Shown one piece after another: positions 7,758 through 12,357 of a stretch of 12,357 nucleotides of DNA. Within the stretch, counting starts at the first letter, position 1. Every line of letters starts with the position of its first letter. A program made the translations under genes and the position numbers. The notes beneath the pieces were generated by a model. The model saw nothing but the letters and a program-made list of their open reading frames with translations. It was not told the origin of the DNA and made no database searches. The stretch comes from Candidatus Thalassarchaeum betae. GTDB lineage: Archaea > Thermoplasmatota > Poseidoniia > Poseidoniales > Thalassarchaeaceae. Location: contig PSPG01000017.1 of assembly GCA_003193925.1 (NCBI GenBank), positions 1-12,357 on the forward strand. The letters are read 5' to 3'.

Positions 7758-10137
7758 AGGATGGGTTCTGGACACCCATCTGGACTACGCATCGGAGCGC
7801 ATGGTACTGTGGGTTAAGAATGACGATGGCAGCGTCTCCAGCCACTCGTTCGAATGGAGCCCAGTGCTGCACGTACACGGCCAGTCGCAGCACATGGAGG
7901 AGTTGCGAAACGCACTGCTCCGTCCCGAGTACCAAGTGCCGTTCGGCAACCTGATCATCGGCCAGGAGCGTCAGCGAATTCGTCATGAGGATGCGGGACC
8001 CGTCGAGGTCCTGACCGTGGGGGTCTCTCGCCCTTCGAAGATACTCAGAGTCGCCGAGATGCTCTCTGCGAATGGGGCCTGGAGGAACTTTGAGCTGTTC
8101 TCTGTCGACCCTAAGATCGCGCAGAGATTCCTGCTCGACCTCGGAACGTTCCCGTTCGGTCGAGTGCGTGTCGAGGGGGGTGGTATCGTGCCACTCGACT
8201 CACGCACCGACGTGGATTGCCCCCTGCCACCGCTTCGTCAGGTGAAGTTGCACGTGGCATGCCATGATCTGCATGGCAAGCGGTGCGCGGGAGCCGAGAT
8301 AACGAGCGTGACCCTAATCGACATCGGCTGCATGGGATCGGAGGCCGAAGACGAGGTCTGGCACGCACGCGCGGAAGACTACGAGGAACCCGCTGCCTTC
8401 CTCGAGGCATTCGCAAGCGAGTTCGACCGCTTGGACCCGGATGTCGTGATTACGGACTACGGCGACAGCGTGGACTTCCCCGCGCTGCGAACTCTCGCCG
8501 AGAAAGAGGGTAAGCCGCTGCAGTTGAGCCGAAACGCGCACGACTGCACCCCCCGCCGCGAGGCGACCACGTCCTGGAGTTACGGCAGACTGCTGCGCTC
8601 CGACGCATATCATGCCCTCCAAGGGCGGCTGCACATCGACATGGGCACTTCGTTCATGGGCAAGGAGGGTGGCATGGAGGGTTTGTGCGAGCTCGCTCGC
8701 GTCTCCGGGCTCCCCGCCCAGGATCTCTCTAGGCTCTCCCCCGGCTCGGCCATTTCGGCTATGCAAATCCGCCAGTCGATGGAGGACGGCGTGCTGATTC
8801 CATGGAAGAAGAACCGCCCCGAGGACATGAAAACCGCCACGCAGATGCTATTCGCCGATCGGGGCGGGCTCTATCTCGACCCAAGACCGGGTGTCCACGA
8901 AGACGTATACGAACTAGACTACGCGAGCCTGTTTCCGAGCATCATCGCGACTAGGAACATCAGCCCGGAGACAATGAGTTGCGAGTGCTGTAACCCCGCT
9001 GGCACGGAGGATCGGCGCGATGGGCGCCTGCCTCTGGAGGCCGAGCGTGCCGCGAGGGAGATCGAGCGACGGTCGGAGGAGGGCGAGGTGCGCAAGCTGG
9101 TGGTCCCGGAGCTTGGTCTGCACGTCTGCACGAGGAGACATGGGTTCCTCGGTCGGGTGGTGGCTCCTATAATAGAGAGGAGGACCTACCTTAAGTCGAA
9201 GCGTAAGGAGAAGGGGGATGTCTGGGACAGGCGCCAGAACGTGCTCAAGTGGATTCTGGTCTGCTGCTTCGGATACACTGGGTACCGCAACGCGCGCTTT
9301 GGCAGGATTGAGTGCCACGAGGCGATTTGCGCATGGTCACGCGACATACTGCTAGATACCATCGAGGAGGCCGAACTCGATGGCTGGGAGTGCCTGCACG
9401 CAATCGTCGACTCGATATGGATCGCCGACACGCGGGGCCGCAACGAGGAGGAGAGGGCAGAGTCAATCTCCCGCCTGATCTCACGCATCGAGGCGAGGAT
9501 CGGCATCCCGCTGGAGCTTGAGGAGGTCTACGAGTGGATCGCCTTCGTCCCAAACCGTACCACCGGCGTGGGCGCCCTAACGAAGTACTTCGCTTACGGG
9601 CGCGAGGGCTGGAAGGTGAGGGGGATCGAGCTGCGGCAGCACTCCACCTGCAATTGGGTCCGCGACCTGCAGGAGTCGATCATGGAGATCCTGCGACAGG
9701 ACCCGCCCGGAGAGGCCCCCGCGAGGGGCGTCGAGCACCTGCACTACGAGCTGGCCCGCCTCCGAGGGGGCAAGGTCCCCCTGGCTGACTTGGTGGTGGG
9801 GCGTCGCGTCAGGAACGAGGTCGGCACCCATCGCGTCCTCAACCTCACGGCCGCTGCACTGTTGCGAGAACGGAGCTTGGGGCAGCGCACGCCACCCGGG
9901 CGCAAGGTGCGCTTCGCCGTGGTCGGCTGGGAGCGTCCCGACGCTGCGGATAGAATCAGGATGGAGTCTGAGGTCGAGGCGAGGACCCCCCCGACCTCCG
10001 GGCAGAGTGGCGACTGCGACTTCTACGAGCCCCTCGCCATCCGAGCCGCAACGGCGCTTCTAGCGCCGTTCGGCTGGTCCGAGGATGGGATCAGGGGGGG
10101 CAGGTCAGTGCAGACCTCACTGACGATGTGGGCGTGA
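7750..10137 (+). CDS. polB2: Family B DNA polymerase, archaeal PolB2 (Dpo2-like) subfamily
   Basis: Motif A LDYASLFPSIIATRNISPET; motif B variant RQNVLKWILVCCFGYTGY; motif C variant HAIVDS instead of YGDTDS, typical of PolB2; KVRGIELRQ. ExoI acidic residues not recognisable. C-terminal PIP-like QTSLTMW. ATG 7750 has GGTGA 5 nt upstream. Confidence 0.92.
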   Translation: MIEGWVLDTHLDYASERMVLWVKNDDGSVSSHSFEWSPVLHVHGQSQHMEELRNALLRPEYQVPFGNLIIGQERQRIRHEDAGPVEVLTVGVSRPSKILRVAEMLSANGAWRNFELFSVDPKIAQRFLLDLGTFPFGRVRVEGGGIVPLDSRTDVDCPLPPLRQVKLHVACHDLHGKRCAGAEITSVTLIDIGCMGSEAEDEVWHARAEDYEEPAAFLEAFASEFDRLDPDVVITDYGDSVDFPALRTLAEKEGKPLQLSRNAHDCTPRREATTSWSYGRLLRSDAYHALQGRLHIDMGTSFMGKEGGMEGLCELARVSGLPAQDLSRLSPGSAISAMQIRQSMEDGVLIPWKKNRPEDMKTATQMLFADRGGLYLDPRPGVHEDVYELDYASLFPSIIATRNISPETMSCECCNPAGTEDRRDGRLPLEAERAAREIERRSEEGEVRKLVVPELGLHVCTRRHGFLGRVVAPIIERRTYLKSKRKEKGDVWDRRQNVLKWILVCCFGYTGYRNARFGRIECHEAICAWSRDILLDTIEEAELDGWECLHAIVDSIWIADTRGRNEEERAESISRLISRIEARIGIPLELEEVYEWIAFVPNRTTGVGALTKYFAYGREGWKVRGIELRQHSTCNWVRDLQESIMEILRQDPPGEAPARGVEHLHYELARLRGGKVPLADLVVGRRVRNEVGTHRVLNLTAAALLRERSLGQRTPPGRKVRFAVVGWERPDAADRIRMESEVEARTPPTSGQSGDCDFYEPLAIRAATALLAPFGWSEDGIRGGRSVQTSLTMWA

Positions 10138-10853
10138 GGCCGGAATTCAAGCAGGGAGGTCTGGCCCTCGGCGAGCTCCGCCCATGGGACTGTCAGGCCA
10201 ATCGAGGCCAGATGCAGTAGGGATGTCGACCTCCCCCCTCGCCTCCCGCCCCGTCCGGCTCTGAATGCCCTCAGACAATCGTCTGCGGCATGCTCTAGGT
10301 TCGCCCGCAGGGCTTTCGGCAGGATCGGAGAGGTTCGTCGGCGTGTGGTGATGACCACCAGCGAGTCGGACGTCTCGGCAGTCGTGCGCAGGCCCTCCAG
10401 TGTCTTGCGGAGGAGCGCTCTGCCCTCGGCCCGGTTGATCTGTGGGTCTGCGAACATCCGCGCTAGGTCGGAGGCTACGACGAGCCGTCCTCCGGAGAGG
10501 CGTTCTGGAGGTGATTCCTCCGTTGCCTCGGCTGCCAGTCGCTCGACGATGGCCGTGGTCTGGTGTGCCGTGAAACCCCTGCACGCGTGCAGTCTGTCCA
10601 TGGCATCGCCAGGGCAGTCGCGCCAGAGTAGGAGCGAGAGGATGTCGGAGGGGTCGAACCTCATCCCTCCGTCTATCCAGTGAACGGGCCTGCCCTCGGC
10701 CAGCTCGTCGCAGACCATGCCATGCACGAGTGGCATCATCTCCCTCCTCTCCTGCTCGAGCAGGAGCAGAGTCCCGGTCCTCGGGCGGGGGAGTTGCAGA
10801 TCCAACAAGCGGTCCCCCCACGATATCCCGTGTCGTTCGGAAGCGGTAGCCAC
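10023..10853 (-). CDS. RadA/RecA-fold protein with degenerate Walker A (PolB2-associated type)
   Basis: PRTGTLLLLE (beta1, no GxxxxGKT), VHWIDGGMRFDP, LHACRGFTAHQ (the RAFTxYQ-type motif), LVVASD Walker-B-like strand, LVVITT. PIP-like QTSLLEF near the C-terminus. GTG start and true 3' end are uncertain. Confidence 0.75.
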   Translation of the reverse strand: MATASERHGISWGDRLLDLQLPRPRTGTLLLLEQERREMMPLVHGMVCDELAEGRPVHWIDGGMRFDPSDILSLLLWRDCPGDAMDRLHACRGFTAHQTTAIVERLAAEATEESPPERLSGGRLVVASDLARMFADPQINRAEGRALLRKTLEGLRTTAETSDSLVVITTRRRTSPILPKALRANLEHAADDCLRAFRAGRGGRRGGRSTSLLHLASIGLTVPWAELAEGQTSLLEFRPHAHIVSEVCTDLPPLIPSSDQPNGARSAVAARMARGS

Positions 10854-10894
10854 GGGCTATCGACTCGGCTTTCCATTTAGAGTGAGTCCAAGAG

Positions 10895-10921
10895 GCGGGC
10901 AGGACGTCTGAAAGTGAAAAT
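10895..10921 (-). promoter_or_regulatory. Putative regulatory motif in the divergent RadA-like/SRAP intergenic region
   Basis: Minus strand ATTTTCAC-N7-CGTCCTGCCCGC ends 41 nt before GTG 10853. A TCTAAAT TATA-like element lies ~22-28 nt before the start. Confidence 0.45.
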
Positions 10922-10943
10922 AGTGGGAGAAGCTTCGGGGAGC

Positions 10944-11579
10944 ATGTGCGGGCGTTTTGCGTTGGGCGCTGACCCAGAGTTGGTCGCACTTGTCTTCGAT
11001 GCCAAACTCGTCGCCCTACCTGTCCGTCCTAGTTGGAACATCGCACCAACGGATCCCGCCAACATCGTATACGACGATGGCGAGGGGAAGGTAATCGGTC
11101 CGATGCGCTGGGGCTTCGACCTCAGCAGCAGCCGGAAGGCGTTCAACGCCCGTCTGGAGACGATTCTGGACAAGTGGCGCTTCAAGAGGTCCGCGCAGTG
11201 GCACAGGTGCTTAGTCCCGGCCACGGGTTGGTACGAGTGGACGAAGTCCGAGGACGGCGGCAGGGACCCTCACTTCCTCACTTCGCCCGAGTCCGACTTG
11301 ATTGCCCTCGGTGGTCTATGGGAGAAGGACGCCGACGATGCCCGATTCACCATCATCACGAGGCCCGCCCTCGACGGCTTGCAGCACCTTCACGATCGGA
11401 TGCCTTTGGTCCTCCCCTCTGATAAGTGGGATATCTGGCTCAACCCCGACGGTTCTGAGGTTGCCGGAGATGAAAGTGTAAAGGTGGCTACCGATCGAAT
11501 CAATTTCTCCTATCACAGGGTTTCAAGGGAGGTGAACAACTCTCTCTCCGAGGGACCTGAGCTCGTGGATTCAATCTGA
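10944..11579 (+). CDS. SOS response-associated peptidase (SRAP/HMCES/YedK) family abasic-site protection protein
   Basis: The start must be ATG 10944 (MCGRF, catalytic Cys2) rather than 10914. Conserved WNIAPT, MRWG, FNARLET, RCLVPATGWYEW (Glu), HDRMP (His) and VSREVN. Confidence 0.95.
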   Translation: MCGRFALGADPELVALVFDAKLVALPVRPSWNIAPTDPANIVYDDGEGKVIGPMRWGFDLSSSRKAFNARLETILDKWRFKRSAQWHRCLVPATGWYEWTKSEDGGRDPHFLTSPESDLIALGGLWEKDADDARFTIITRPALDGLQHLHDRMPLVLPSDKWDIWLNPDGSEVAGDESVKVATDRINFSYHRVSREVNNSLSEGPELVDSI

Positions 11580-11635
11580 TCCCGATTGGGCGTTGCCCTT
11601 GCCCTCACACTCAGCAAGGTGATACCACACTGAAG

Positions 11636-11671
11636 GTAAATCCTCGTGAGTACGGAAGCTCAGGGGTTTAG
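11636..11671 (-). repeat. Intergenic palindromic repeat, copy D
   Basis: Reverse complement CTAAACCCCTGAGCTTCCGTACTCACGAGGATTTAC matches 5132-5167 at 34/36. It starts 22 nt past the marC stop, in marC's orientation. Confidence 0.9.
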
Positions 11672-11693
11672 GTTTCAGAATGGCGAAGCGGAA

Positions 11694-12323
11694 TCATGCG
11701 CCGAGAGTCGCGTGCCACACGGCCAATCCATCGAACAAATACTGGGCCGCAATGACGACGGTGAGCAGCCCCATGATTCGAGTGATGATGCGAACCACAT
11801 TGTCGCTGAGGAAGTTGGACATCGAGGAGACGAGTATGAATATCAGCAGCGAGAGGGTCATCACCGCAATGGTTGCCATGGCGACCATGTTTGTAGAGAA
11901 TTCGGGGTTCGTCCCAAGGAGAATCACCAGACTGATCGAGCCCGGCCCCGCCAACATCGGCATGCCCAATGGGACGAGAGAGAAATCGACTGGCGTTTCG
12001 TGAACGACAGATGGAATGAGTGCGGGCTCATAACTCGGCTTCTCGCCCTCTTTGAGCATACTCACCCCGATGAGCCCGAGCAGCAGGCCACCCGCGGCCT
12101 GGAGACTGTACATCTCGACGTGCATGAAAGTCAGCAGTGCTTCACCACTGAAGACAAAGAAGAGCAGTACCATTGTCGCGAATGCACACGCTCGAAAGGC
12201 GATTCTGCGAAGCGCAGCTGTGCTGCGCTCCGAGCCAAGGGTCAGGAAGAAGGCGATCGATGCAGGCGGGTCGACGACTACCAGCAGTGGGATGATTGCG
12301 AGTACCAGCGTACCAAGGTCCAT
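11694..12323 (-). CDS. marC: MarC family integral membrane protein
   Basis: LLVVVDPPASIAFF, FSGEALL, AAGGLLL, VPLGMPMLAGPGSI and ITRIMGLL are family hallmarks; six hydrophobic segments. Confidence 0.92.
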   Translation of the reverse strand: MDLGTLVLAIIPLLVVVDPPASIAFFLTLGSERSTAALRRIAFRACAFATMVLLFFVFSGEALLTFMHVEMYSLQAAGGLLLGLIGVSMLKEGEKPSYEPALIPSVVHETPVDFSLVPLGMPMLAGPGSISLVILLGTNPEFSTNMVAMATIAVMTLSLLIFILVSSMSNFLSDNVVRIITRIMGLLTVVIAAQYLFDGLAVWHATLGA

Positions 12324-12357
12324 AGAATGCGAGCGCCATGCGCCCCATATTTGAATC

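Noticed and set aside
7750-10137. Casposon, viral or protein-primed PolB, or a polymerase pseudogene
   Set aside because: The motif variants (HAIVDS, KWILVCCFGY) and neighbours are those of cellular PolB2. The frame is intact and there are no cas1, capsid or terminal repeats.
10736-10876. 46-aa minus-strand ORF with CWIC...CSC (MESRVDSPWL...), its stop overlapping an ATG of the RadA-like frame
   Set aside because: It overlaps the RadA-like N-terminus, which is needed for the first beta-strand of the fold, and the second Cys pair is not CxxC. Probably a chance frame.
10882-10890. GTGAGTCCA shared with repeat copy E (4582-4590)
   Set aside because: Only 9 bp and the flanks do not align; compatible with chance.
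10147-10989. 280-aa alternative minus-strand ORF
   Set aside because: Arg/Pro/Gly-rich with no family motifs; it overlaps the better-supported RadA-like frame and the SRAP start.

Overview
High-GC window that looks archaeal, probably Marine Group II/III Thermoplasmatota; this is inferred from the PolB2 locus, PIP boxes, GGTGA-type RBSs and the style of the DGDGC/TSP3 surface protein. It has four parts. (1) A >1473-aa membrane-anchored surface protein on the minus strand (<1..4421), absent from the ORF track because it runs off the window. It has a 7-bladed beta-propeller with a vWA/MIDAS domain inserted in blade 4, an Ig-like domain, 10 TSP3-like Ca-binding units, a TM helix and a Pro-rich tail. 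(2) Three co-oriented accessory genes (GNAT, TauE/SafE, frameshifted MFS), each followed by a copy of a ~33-47-bp palindromic intergenic repeat, giving a cassette-like array. A further copy follows marC in marC's orientation. (3) A putative DNA-damage tolerance/mutagenesis module: small PolB2-associated protein plus PolB2, a convergent Walker-A-less RadA-like gene and a divergent SRAP/HMCES gene. PolB2 and the RadA-like protein both carry PIP boxes and share an upstream DNA motif. (4) marC.
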